From the NCBI GenBank assembly GCA_964016885.1, contig OZ024743.1, positions 174,406,001 to 174,470,000 of the forward strand: a DNA stretch of 64,000 nucleotides. Direction: 5' to 3'. The notes below the pieces were generated by a model. The model saw only the letters and a program-made list of their open reading frames with translations, was not told the DNA's origin and searched no databases. This document shows, one piece after another, positions 10,890 to 23,525 of this stretch; positions within the stretch are counted from its first letter, which is position 1, and every line of letters begins with the position of its first letter. The translations under genes were made by a program, and so were the position numbers. The DNA is from Eledone cirrhosa. Taxonomy: Eukaryota.

Positions 10890-12480
10890 ACACTTCCATC
10901 TGTAGATGCCCATTACATCAGAGATAATATATATATATATACACTTCCATCTGTAGATGCCCATTACATCAGAGATAATATATATATATATACACTTCCA
11001 TCTGTAGATGCCCATTACATCAGAGATGATATATATATATATACACTTCCATCTGTAGATGCCCATTACATCAGAGATAATATATGTCCCACCACCCCCA
11101 CCCCATCCACACCACCCCCTTTCAATGTGGAGTTATGGTGGTGCCACAACATCCAGGCCGAAACAAATGAGATCGTGTAGGTGTCACGACAAAAAACACA
11201 CAGTCCACGCTGTAATGTGGCCGTGTAGGCAACACGGTAAAAACCTCCCAGCCCCACACTGTAAATGTGGTTGGTGTTAGGAAGGGCATCCAACTGTAGA
11301 AAACCCGCCAGACAGTCCTATGCGAGCAAGACAATCACTCTTGCCTCAAGTGGGAAAACCCCCATCCAAACCCATGCAAGCGTGGAACACGGACGTTAAA
11401 CGTTGATGATGATGATGATGCACTTCCATCTGTAGATGCCCATTACATCAGAGATAATATATATATATATATACACTTCCATCTGTAGATGCCCATTACA
11501 TCAGAGATGATATATATATATATATACACTTCCATCTGTAGATGCCCATTACATCAGAGATGATATATATATATAGACTTCCATCTGTAGATGCCCATTA
11601 CATCAGAGATAATATATATATATATACACTTCCATCTGTAGATGCCCATTACATCAGAGATAATATATATATAGACTTCCATCTGTAGATGCCCATTACA
11701 TCAGAGATAATATATATATATATATATACACTTCCATCTGTAGATGCCCATTAAACAATGATGATATATATATATATACACTTCCATCTGTAGATGCCCA
11801 TTACATCAGAGATGATATATATATATATATATATACACTTCCATCTGTAGATGCCCATTACATAAGAGATAATATATATATACACTTCCAGCTGTAGATG
11901 CCCATTACATCAGAGATGATATATATATACACTTCCATCTGTAGATGCCCATTACATCAGAGATAATATATATATACACTTCCATCTGTAGATGCCCATT
12001 ACATCAGAGATAATATATATATACACTTCCATCTGTAGATGCCCATTACATCAGAGATAATATATATATACACTTCCATCTGTAGATGCCCATTACATCA
12101 GAGATAATATATATATACACTTCCATCTGTAGATGCCCATTACATCAGAGATAATATATATATACACTTCCATCTGTAGATGCCCATTACATCAGAGATA
12201 ATATATATATACACTTCCATCTGTAGATGCCCATTACATCAGAGATAATATATATATACACTTCCATCTGTAGATGCCCATTACATCAGAGATAATATAT
12301 ATATACACTTCCATCTGTAGATGCCCATTACATCAGAGATGATATATATATACACTTCCAGCTGTAGATGCCCATTACATAAGAGATAATATATATATAC
12401 ACTTCCAGCTGTAGATGCCCATTACATAAGAGATAATATATATATACACTTCCAGCTGTAGATGCCCATTACATCAGAGA
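10890..12480. repeat. 47-54-bp minisatellite: constant CACTTCCATCTGTAGATGCCCATTACATCAGAGA + variable (TA)n; interrupted by a SINE-containing block at ~11090-11420
   Basis: About 26 units, with a 47-bp period in the distal half. Confidence 0.95.
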
Positions 12481-13110
12481 AAATCACAGTTGTTGAGGTT
12501 ACAAAGAGTATAAAGCATACTGTGTAGATGGAATCCCAGGTAAAAGTTATAACACTAATTATGCTCACACAATTGTTAAATAATTCACCTGGAGAACAGG
12601 TGAAATTCTCACAGCGTAGAAGAAGGGTATTATAATTGAAATACCTGAGAAGGGAGATTTGTATGAGAACTGAAGAGGTATTTCTATGCCAACAATCATA
12701 AAGGTGTTCATTAGAGTAAATTTAAGCCGAATTGAACCTAATGTCAACAAGATTTTGAAGGAGGAGTTTAGCTGGTTTCTGAAATGGGAGGGGATGTGAT
12801 GACAAAATATTTACAATAAGACTTAGTATGTGGAGGTGTGTGGCCAGTGGTAAGGGTGGTGGATTTATGATCATAATGTTGGTTCGATTCCTGGACTGGG
12901 TTGTGTTGCGTTCTTGAGCAAAACACTTCATTTCACATTGCAAGACTTAGATTTTTAATGTGTTGCAGCTTTGTACTTTAAAAGAATATCTTGACAATGT
13001 GGCATCACGTGGTACAGGACGTTAGAAGTTTAGACATTTTATGTTAATACATGACGAATGGAATTCTCAGTGAACCTGTTGATGAATATAAAGTTTTGCC
13101 CTCTGCCCAT

Positions 13111-13173
<63 letters not shown>

Positions 13174-13178
<5 letters not shown>

Positions 13179-13472
13179 TAAAATAACAGATTAAAGTTTA
13201 AGCAAAGAATCGCTGCTTTCACCCTTAACGGGATCTTCTGAAACTAGCAAAGTCAATCTGTAAACGCAGAACTGGATATTTAAAAAAACGTTGCAACCGG
13301 AGGAAGACGATACTTTGGTTCGTGGTTACGTTCGCTGGCAAAGAACGGGAAAAAACGAATATATTATATTCGTTTTTGTATTATTACACTCTATCTCACT
13401 CTACACCTCGATACTGAAACATGGAGTGCTCACCCGGGTTAACCTACCTTAACTCCACGTTACACTCCCTGG
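13174..13472 (-). mobile_element. ~300-bp insert in (TA)n carrying a copy of the hammerhead-like repeat
   Basis: 13174-~13370 matches 14519-~14710; (TA)n on both sides. Confidence 0.65.
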
Positions 13473-14327
13473 ATATATATATATATATATAAATATATTT
13501 ATAAATAAAATTAAGAGACGAAGCTTATGAAATAGAAAGGACATAGCTTTGTTTCTTTCCTTACTCACTCAGTAATAAAAGTTTGTATTATCAAAATTCA
13601 AACTCTACTGGTTAGAGTGCACACATGCGTTAATCAGTGAGGAAGACGACTTCATGTGGGTAAGATATTCGCCTCCTTGTAATGGAAAGATCCCAGGCCT
13701 GACCATTTAAAGGGAATATGGGGTGAGGGGGAGTGCAAAACTTTAAAGAAAATCAGAAGTGGGCAATTAAAATGTCTGTGTGCCTCGGGCTATTTCAAAG
13801 TTTATATGTAACATTTGATACAATTATACATGTGACTCATGGGCAAAACTTAAAAAAATTAAAATATAACGTGGGTCATTAAGTTGCTGAGGACATTGTG
13901 AACTCTGTTCAGTCCCCTGGAATATTTTATTTTAGGGGAGATAATTCAGGAGGAACTATTCCACGGGAGACGACCCTCGCTGACTTAAAAATTTAAGCAA
14001 ATTTTCGGCTCTAACAATGTTGATTTTATTTATTGTTAAATACCATGTGAATTATATTCTTTTAGTGGTTTCAGTCATAAGACGACCGTTCACACACACA
14101 GGCACACTCGCAACTCTCCCAATCATTCATAACGTCAACCATCTTTGTATTGCCAGAAAGATAAGCAATACTAACTGGTATACGGTGTCTAAGACCTAGA
14201 CTTGAGTAGGCCCTGAAGCTTAGCCAACATGGAGCAGTGTTAAGAATATATAATAATATACTCTAGCTCTGTACTTAACATAGAGCAGTCTTTTTCTTTT
14301 ATCTAATCTACGTATATTATATATACG

Positions 14328-14426
14328 GAGGTTAACTTTGCCTTTCATCCTTACGAGGTCGATAAAATAAAGTACCAGTAATGCACTGGGTAATTGCTGG
14401 CCTTGTGCCAAACGTAGAAACAATTA
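14328..14426 (+). mobile_element. 5'-truncated Meta-core SINE
   Basis: GAGGTTAACTTTGCCTTTCATCC...GGCCTTGTGCCAAACGTAGAAACAATT. Confidence 0.85.
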
Positions 14427-14518
14427 TATATATATATATAGTAATAATAATAAATTTGAAGACTAAAATCCAAAGAGGGCTCGATAAGGATAAATATATA
14501 AGAACCGTAGAGCAAATA

Positions 14519-15316
14519 TTTATTAAAATAACAGATTAAAGTTTAAGCAAAGAATCGCTGCTTTCACCCTTAACGGGATCTTCTGAAACTAACAAAGTCA
14601 ATCTGTAAACGCAGAAGTGAATATTTCAAAAAACGTTGCAACCGGAGGAAGACGATACTTTAGTTCGTGGAAACGTTCCCTGGCAAAGAACGGGAAAAAA
14701 CGAATATAATACGTCATTATTTGGAGCGGTGAAAAACAATTACACGCAAAGACAAAACCACGTGTATGGTATAAAAGAAGTCGTAGACTAATATTCTATG
14801 AGGTGGTTCATAGAGACGTTCTCTGTCAATGAACGGAAAAAACGAAGATAATACGTCATATTTGGAGCGAGGAGAACAATTGCACGCAAAGACAAAACCA
14901 CGTAAATGGTATAACTGAAGTCGTAGACTAAAATTCTAACTAGGAAACCGAATGATTGTCGGCTTCAGAGTTAAGAATAAAGTAAATAAAATACAGAGGT
15001 AAATGAAATTAAATAAATACAACTTCAGTTATACTATATTAGTCTACGACTTCTTTTATACCATAAACGTGGTTCTGTCTTTGCGCGTAATTGTTTTTCA
15101 CCGCTCCAAATAATGACGTATTATATTCGTTTTTTCCCGTTCTTTGCCAGGGAACGTTTCCGCGAACCAAAATATCGTATTCCTGTCTTCCTCCGGTTGC
15201 AACGTTTTTTGAAATATTCACTTCTGCGTTCACAGATTGAATTTGTTAGTTTCAGAAGATCCCGTTAAGGGTGAAAGCAGCGATTCTTTGCTTAAACTTT
15301 AATCTGTTATTTTAAT
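14519..15316. mobile_element. Fold-back element: ~280-bp inverted arms with a hammerhead-like motif at each outer end (probable non-autonomous PLE)
   Basis: 14519-14794 is the reverse complement of 15037-15316 at high identity; extra partial direct copy at ~14830-14935. Confidence 0.75.
15232..15307 (+). ncRNA. Non-canonical type I hammerhead-ribozyme-like motif (copies at 14531-14606 and 13186-13261, minus strand)
   Basis: Stem I AGTTT/AAACT extended by CAGATTGA/TTAATCTG; core CAGAAGA; stem II CCC-GTTAA-GGG; GAAA; stem III AGCAG/TTGCT; predicted triplet CUU. Confidence 0.5.
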
Positions 15317-16089
15317 ATATATATATATATAAATATTTTCCATTTTGATGTTATAGTCACTTATATAATATGAAATACTGTTGCCTTCTTGCTCACATTA
15401 ATTTCTCTACTTTCATTTATATATATATATATGTGGATATGTTTAAACTGTTAGCGTTTCTTCCTTTCCGGACCCTCTTTGGAGTCTTAGGATACGCAAA
15501 CTTTGTGCGTCCATCACACGCCTCCCAGGACAGGTCGTAGGCCTAACGCTAGTTTTTGCAACGAGATGGATACTGTAATGTATATTTCGAACAGGCCCCG
15601 CTTCCGAAGGACTGAACGCGTCCTTTGTTAACTTGCGTGAAGGTCGATGTGGTAAGGTTCGTTTTGGCTTCCTCATATTTCAGTTTCGGGGATCTTATTC
15701 ACGCAAATCACCAATCTGGTACTTTGTCAAACCCACGAAGGCTCGGCTTTCTTAGAGGCGGCATTTACTCACCTCGTCGTAGCTACGTCACTGGGTTGCG
15801 AGAGTTTTCTTAGGAGCTACATGTGCCACCCATTGTTCCATCTCCCCTAGTAGTTTACCGGGGTTGCTTATTCGTCCGGCAGTTGTCCGCTTATATCGTA
15901 ACTAGCCATCATATCTGGTGGCCGTATCGCTATCCGCTACATGCGACCCATTCTCTAGCAGGACAGCTAATATGAATTCATTTTATTAAGGCTAAATAAC
16001 GACTCTTGTTGCGCTGGAGTTTCGCCTACTTATCACAGGGTCACCAGGCAAGAACTAACGCTTTAATAGCAGACACAGTATAAATAATT

Positions 16090-18130
16090 ACTAAGCCATG
16101 CACTGTTGCATGGCATGGATTTGACTCTACAGGTGCCGAGCTGCAAATCTACTGACTTTTTCGGGTTCTTTGCTCTCGTCAACCTTTCATATTCCTCTAA
16201 AATGTTGCCGACTACCCTGATTTCCGACGTTATCGACATCACGATGACATCGTCCGCATATGGTGACGCAGTCCTTCCACGTCCGGTTTTGATCGGGATG
16301 CCCTGCAACAACTCCAGTTTCTGCAGTAATGGCTCGAGAGTCAATACGTACAGAAGGGAGGAGAGAGAACATTCTTGACGGACAGTTGGCACGATCTGGA
16401 ACGGCTTCGATAGGTGGCCATTGACTTTGATCACCGACCAAATGCCGCTGTGCATTGCAGCGATCCTGCCTCTGAAGCTGGCTGCTTTGAAGATAGCATC
16501 CAGGTATCGATGATCGACCTTATCGAAAGCTTTTGATTGATCCAAATTGATAAGAGCCCCACCAAAGCCAGGTTTACTCCCTACTCTCGCTATGATGTTT
16601 CACGTGTGATGGAGGTTGTCGTGTCTGGAACTGGTCGGGATTCGACGACACGCGCCCACCTCGTTGCTAACACCGAGTCAAAATCTTAAACTCTATGTTT
16701 AGCAGAGTTATAGGCCGGAAATCATAAATTACCTCCGTCTTGTTCTCGTCTTTCCTCATCAGCGTTACTACACCCCGACTCCCAGAAATGGGAATATTCC
16801 CGTTCTGCTGCCACTTGCAGTAGACTGCTTCGAGGAGATCGGAGAACGTGTCTGGCATATCTAAGTAAAACTCATAGGGCAGACAATCCAAACCGATTGA
16901 TATACACCTCGTACTGTCTTCCGGGGCTTCCTGTATCTTGGCTGCTGTAATCGGCTTTTCGCAGCACTCCGCATCAGTCGCCGAGAGTTGTGGCAAGCCG
17001 ATGAGGTAAGAACTGAAGTCCGTTACAGACGCTCAAAGTGCTGACGAAAAGCCGCACACATCTGCCTGGAATCGATCAACACGCGCTCGTCTCGGTTGTC
17101 AAAGACCGATTTGTAGTTTTGTTGCCAATCGGTCCCATCGAACAGTTTTCGTTCCCTCATTTTTTAGAGAACGCACCTTCACCTTAGCTCTGAAAATGTA
17201 GCCTTCGTATTTCACATTGAAGAAATAGTCTAATGCCATTCTCGTCGGTTGCAATGTCACTTCTAATCGCCTCTCCTAATTTAGCTACAAGCTCTCCCTC
17301 TTATATTTCTTCTAATGCTACTTCTTTACTAAAGACTATTGATTCTACTCTAATCTCTCTCTTGGGAGCACCCTATCACCTGTTGTTGACGACTCTTCCT
17401 GTCAACTTTCGCTTAACTAAAGCGCTAACCCAGTCTCTGTAGGCTTTACGCACCGGGAACGTCGCGTGAAGCTTCCAGGAACCAGATCCTTACTTACGTG
17501 CTCTATCTAGGTCGCCTATGCAGATCACGAATTTGTGATCTGAATAGGTGACTGTTTGGAATTGTGGACACAATGCTATCCCTGTCGGCTAACCTAATAA
17601 AAAACCTATCTTATATAAGATCAAGATCACTCTATACAGTTGTTTCAGGTACACATTGGCGCATTTGAGAAACACACTCGGTGCCTGTAGACAGTTGTAT
17701 TTGCCCGATTAGATTCTTGAGGCTTTTGCTCCACCACTTCTATTTGCTACGCCCACTCAATCCCTGCGTGCGTCCAAAATGCCATTCTAGTCACCTTCTA
17801 ACGAGACGTCACTAGAATGGCTTCCAAACGCCTGAAGAATCCCGGCCGCCCAGACCCGGTTGAGACGTAGACGTCTACTTAACTAAAGGTACCACCTTCG
17901 CAATTGCTCTCGTCCAGGATCCCCAACTTACCGTCCGAGTCCAAGAAGATCGTCCGTACCTGGAGATCCAGGCCTTTTCTAAAGAGCACTGCCAAACCGG
18001 CCAAGAGGTACGAAGATCTAGTAGTTGTTCAAAATGAGGTCGTTAAGCAAGCGACCATGCTTTCAGGGTGACCCTAGACCACGTGCATTTATACACTCTA
18101 CTTATTGAATCGCTATGTTGGTTGGTTAGA
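16090..18130 (-). mobile_element. Decayed Tx1/L1-type LINE (APE + RT), related to 59618-61830
   Basis: Fragments LDQSKAFDKVDHRYL, RQECSLSSLLYVLTLEPL, YADDV and FRPITLLNIEFKIL; ORF2 start region INARGLG near 18090; many frameshifts. Confidence 0.9.
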
Positions 18131-18326
18131 GTTGAGAGAACAGAAATGGAGTCTACTTACTCTTTAAGTTCTGTTTTAGGTCGGGTGGTTCGATCTCCAC
18201 CTCCAGTGCTTCCCCCTTAAAAGGCCACTCGTCGCTTTTTACACCCCCTCCCCCACATATATATATACATGAGTATATATTTATTAGTTTACTACATTTT
18301 CGTGTACGTATACACACACATATGTG

Positions 18327-18445
18327 AAGGCGTGTGGCTGAGTGGTTAGAGAATTGGATTCACAATCCTGAGGTTGTGAGTTCGATTCCTGGACCGGGCG
18401 ATGCGTTATGTCCTTGAGCAAGACACTTTATTTCACGTTGCTCCT
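18327..18445 (+). mobile_element. tRNA-derived CORE-type SINE head and core
   Basis: GTGGCTGAGTGGTTAG A-box, GAGTTCGATTCC B-box, GTCCTTGAGCAAGACACTT core. Confidence 0.7.
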
Positions 18446-18774
18446 TCTACCTGGAGCTGCGACCTGGAAAGACCAATGGAAACATTGTTTACTTGGTCCG
18501 ATTTGATGAAAGTCGATCGATCCTTTTATATATATATATATATACACGGACACACACACATAAACATATATATATGTATGTGTGTATATAAATACATACA
18601 TATAGACACATGCTAGAGTGGAAGAATGGAGGTAAAAAGGTGATGATGATGATACATGCATACATAAGCACACAAAGACGTGCTTTCCTACATTTTCACT
18701 TACGTGATGTCAAAACGTGGAAGAAAAAACCCGGCAGCTTTAACTTTTCTAACATGAAAATACAAAAAACAACA

Positions 18775-18851
18775 CACACACACATGTATGTGTATATATA
18801 TACATATATAAATGTATGTATGTATGCGTGTGTATATATATATAGATGTGT

Positions 18852-18883
<32 letters not shown>

Positions 18884-19512
18884 ATATATATATATATGTA
18901 TGTGTATATATATGTATGTGTATATATATATATATGTATGTGTATATATATGTATGTGTATATATATATATATGTATGTGTATATATATATGTATGTGTA
19001 TATATATATATATGTATGTGTATATATATATATATATGTATGTGTATATATATATATATGTATGTGTATATATATATATATGTATGTGTATATATATATA
19101 TATGTATGTGTATATATATATATGTGTATGTATGTGTATATATATGTATATGTATGTGTATATATATGTATGTGTATATATATATATGTGTATATATATA
19201 TATGTGTGTGTATGTATATATATATGTGTGTGTATATATGTATGTGTATATATATGTGTGTATATATATATGTGTGTGTGTATATATATATATATATGTG
19301 CGTGTATATATATGTGTGCGTATATATGTATGTATATGCGTATATATATGTGTGTGCGTATATATATGTATGTATATGCGTATATATGTATGTGTATATA
19401 TATATATATATGTGTATATAGGTATATGTGCATGTGTATATATATATATGTGTGTATATAGTTATATGTGTATATGTATGTGTGTATATATGTATGTGGG
19501 TATATAAATATG

Positions 19513-19568
<56 letters not shown>

Positions 19569-19585
19569 CACACATATATATATAA
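18775..19585. repeat. (TA)n/TATGTATGTG compound microsatellite
   Basis: Direct inspection; source of spurious YI/CV-rich ORFs. Confidence 0.95.
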
Positions 19586-19876
19586 ACGCACATCACTGTA
19601 ATAGAATAGAAGAATAATGTTTTGAATAATGCTTTTCAACTACAAAGATTACAAGAACAATGAAAAAAGGAATGAACGAGAATAACTTTGATGGAATAGA
19701 AACTTTATAAAATGATGTACTGTGAGAGCATTGGTTGTATGACGCAGATTAAAACGATATATAACGAAAGGACAAAGATGAATTTTGTTTTAGAAATAAA
19801 AGAATGAAAGAAGAACGGAATATACTCACATGTGAGAACAGGAACACACACGTATACATAAATATATATATATATG

Positions 19877-19908
<32 letters not shown>

Positions 19909-20030
19909 TGAGTGTATATATATATACGAGTATATATATATAAGTATATATATATATATAGATGACCATATGTATATAAGCATATATGAATATATATATA
20001 CATAAATATATATATATATATATAATCATA

Positions 20031-20713
20031 TATAAGTTAATATAAATTAATATATTTGATAAACACAAATACCAACATATTCATGTTTGTATTGTAAATG
20101 ACCAAGTTAGCTAGATTGAAATATACTAATAATAATAATACATTTTGCCTGTCTCGATTTAAGATAATAAATCAATAAAAACAAATCATATTGGCAATGG
20201 CTGTAGTGCTTGGACAAATTTAAATTTCAAAATCAAACCTGTTCCGTAGACAGGTTTAAACGTTAAAATCCAAATATGTTTCGAATAATGAAAAAGTGAA
20301 AGAATACCACATTTTGATCTCCTCAGCAAGCACTATAAAATTTGGTATGTTTCACTTCAAAATATTTAGAAAGACTGATTAACGCACATGGTATTTCACG
20401 CGGTTATCCAGTGTCTAGCTGTCACATACTCGTGGTGCTAGAAATAACAGCCGTTTGTATGGGGCTAAATTCAGCTCAACAAAGGAGCAGTGATACTATC
20501 AATAATAATGAGTTCAAAACTCAGGCAGTCTTTTACAATGAAATAGCTCATAGAAAGAAGTATTTCTGAGCCGTGTAATATAAGTTAATATGAAGTAATA
20601 TATTTGATAAACACAAATACCAACATATTCATGTTTGTATTGTAAATGACCAAGTTAGCTAGATTGAAATATACTAATAATAATAATACATTTTGCCTGT
20701 CTCGATTTAAGAT
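20031..20713. repeat. ~135-bp direct repeats ~550 bp apart (partial tandem element)
   Basis: TAATATATTTGATAAACACAAATACCAACATATTC...GCCTGTCTCGATTTAAGAT at ~20048-20165 and ~20596-20713. Confidence 0.85.
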
Positions 20714-20908
20714 TTATATAATCATATATGTATATATACAGGAGTCTCTCTATATATATAAGTATATATATATATATAGTATTACGGATACTATTTATGG
20801 TTATGTATATACTAAAACCTTTTATAGTTATATATATTTTAAACCCTAAACAGTGAAAGACAGTAATTTATTACTACCTTATTACCAATATATATGTATA
20901 AGCATATA

Positions 20909-20959
<51 letters not shown>

Positions 20960-21010
20960 GAGTCTATATATATATATATAAGATCAAAAGATGGTTAAAA
21001 GAGTTCCAAG

Positions 21011-21080
21011 TATTTTATTATGCACATTTCAAAAACAAATATCATCATGGGATGATATTTGCGTTCTCATCAGATAAAAT
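21011..21080 (-). ncRNA. CpG-decayed hammerhead-like motif
   Basis: Minus strand: TTTTAT-CTGATGA-GAACGCAAATATCATC-CCAT-GATGATATTTGTTTTT-GAAA-TGTGC-ATAA. Confidence 0.5.
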
Positions 21081-21985
21081 AGGGAGACTGATATGAAGCT
21101 TAAAAAACACTTGCGAGCAGTGAAGTGTTAAATCAACATATGAAGAATAAAGTAAGATGGATATATGAGATTGGGAAAAAAGGAGGAGGGGGGGGGAGGT
21201 GAGGAAGAAAGAAAAAGGATGACGGGGGAGGAGTATAAGAAGGAAGGATGAGAGAGGAGGAGAAATGAGTGATAAAGAGAGAGAAGTAGCCTTTACAACT
21301 GAGAAAACTGTCTCACAGAGAAATTAAAAAAACCGTTGAAAGATAATGGATAATTTTAAAAGATTTTGAAATAGAAAGTTAATGAGGTTTATGGAGGGTG
21401 ATGTTTATGATTAAAGAAAAAGGAATTAAGAATAGTATTTATTTAAGGTTTATATATTGAAGGGTTCAATAATATGTGCGAAAAAAAGAATTTATTAATA
21501 TGTATTATTAAAATGAAAATATTAAGGATATAAGGTGAAAGAAGGAGAGATTAAATGAATTATGAACTTAGAGGAATTAGTTAGGGTTTAAGTTTGTTTT
21601 TATGTATTGTAATATGTAAAAGTAAATAATAGGTTTAATACGAGTACGGAAGGAGAGAAGAAAAGACAATTTAAGGAAGAAAAAATATCTAACGTCAAAA
21701 TGTATATATATTTACAACATTTTCTAATGGTAATATTATTATATATTAAAAAAATATAGTGTCTATGGCCAATAATATAAGGAAAAATGGAAAAATGGAA
21801 AATATTTTAATAAATATATATATATAAGCATATATGAATATATATATATGTATATATACATGAGTCTCTCTCTCTCTCTATATATATATATATGTAAGTA
21901 TATATATATGTAAGTATATATATATGTAAGCATATATATATATGTAAACATATATATATATGTAAACATATATATATATATGTAA

Positions 21986-22022
<37 letters not shown>

Positions 22023-22030
22023 AGCATATA

Positions 22031-22933
22031 TCATTATCTATAAAAGGCAGATTTTTGTGTCTGTATGTATGTTTCAATTTTATACATTTGCACAATTTCA
22101 AACCGATTCAACTCAAAATCTGTAAGAATGTTGTAAATGGTCTAACTTAGGTCAACGACTATTTATTTATTTCAAACTCACCCACAATTACGGAAATAAT
22201 CGATAAAACTAAATACATGACGCTTTACCCCTCTAATAGAATCTGCTTACCTCTCTCTACTCCCCTTAAAATTCGATAAAACTACATACATGCTGCAACT
22301 TTCTCTTATATACGCTTAAACTTACAAACTTCCTTTAGGAACGCCGAAGAGAGAGAGAGCGTTTGTTTTTGAGTGTGGAACGGTCAAACATTTATTTACT
22401 TCAATGACAACATTTCATACGAAACAACAATTATTCAAAAGCAACAGATAAATTTATTTAACAACAAAAAAACAGCGATAAATCTTTTTAAAAACATCTC
22501 TCAACGAACGTGAAAGAAAGAAGTATCAGTTTATTTACTATACACAATAATATACTCTATGGGTTCACTAAACCTACTAGAAACAGCAGCTAACTCTCCC
22601 CCATATCTCACCCCTCCCTACTGTTTTAAACTTAGAAAACACACATTAGACAACCATGCAGAACAACGCAGCTCTGTTGTTCGGCTGGCATCGTCTACGC
22701 GCGCGCTGCGCAAGTACTGTGAAACAATAAATTTCAACACTTCTTTGCACAGAGATAATATCCATAGACGAAACTACAATTGTAACTGCTGGCGCAGCTC
22801 CTGCTTCGGCAGTCCAGGTCTGCAATTCATTCACCCAGTGCCTGGCAGACAAAAAAGTGCTGCTATAAAATGGGTGGCGCAACCTAACTTAGGTAACTTA
22901 CTGACCCCGAGCAACGCCGGGCTTTAATGCTAG
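22031..22933 (+). mobile_element. Non-autonomous Helitron
   Basis: 5' A|TC (22031, or TCTATAAAAG at 22037); 3' hairpin CCCGAGCAACGCCGGG (22906-22921) then CTAG|T (22930-22933); no TSD; inserted in TA-rich satellite. Confidence 0.8.
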
Positions 22934-23143
22934 TATATATATATATGTAAGCATATATATATAAATGCTTACATATATATATATATATATATGTAAGCAT
23001 ATATATATATATATATGTAAGCATATATATATATATATGCTTATATATATATATACATATGCTTATATATATATATATATACATATGCTTACATATATAT
23101 ATATATATATATATATGTAAGCATATATATATATATATAAATG

Positions 23144-23218
23144 AAAATAATTTTGAGATAGAGCGCTCGTGATGTTTGTTGAGCAAACATCACGAGCGCT
23201 CTATCTCAAAATTATTTT
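23144..23218. repeat. Perfect 35-bp-arm inverted repeat with 5-nt spacer
   Basis: AAAATAATTTTGAGATAGAGCGCTCGTGATGTTTG-TTGAG-CAAACATCACGAGCGCTCTATCTCAAAATTATTTT. Confidence 0.95.
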
Positions 23219-23525
23219 TGAAAAGCATTAGAAATGCGCAACCGGTAAAAACTGAAAAGTAAAACTGAATACTAACCAATACTTATTACTAATTTATACT
23301 TATTCCTAATTAAACTATTTTTCACTGGGAAAAATTTGTCAGCATTTTCTTTTCCTTTTACTAATATATATATAGAGATTTTGAGTATATGTTGGTTGTA
23401 TACCAACACCTCAGTATGCAGGCTGGAGCAGTCGACGAAGTGCGCAGGTTGGTTTGGTTACTCCGGAGTAATGTAAAATAAAGTTAAATAAAAAGTCAAA
23501 TGTTTAAAATTTAGCTTCATTTATT

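Noticed and set aside
10890-12480. CRISPR-like look (34-bp semi-palindromic repeat with variable gaps)
   Set aside because: The gaps are only (TA)n and not unique spacers; no cas genes; eukaryotic context.
15449-16037. Possible solo LTR (TGT...ACA, GC-richer block)
   Set aside because: No matching TSD, terminal inverted repeat, PBS or PPT seen; left unclassified.
18327-18400. tRNA gene
   Set aside because: A/B boxes are present but the acceptor stem is poor and the sequence continues into a SINE core, so it is treated as a SINE head.
18610-19639. Long YI/CV/HT-rich ORFs (also at 9.4-9.9, 21.8-25 and 37-38.2 kb)
   Set aside because: These are translations of dinucleotide microsatellites with no coding signal.
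21581-21586. TTAGGG telomeric repeat near PLE remnant
   Set aside because: A single hexamer, expected by chance.
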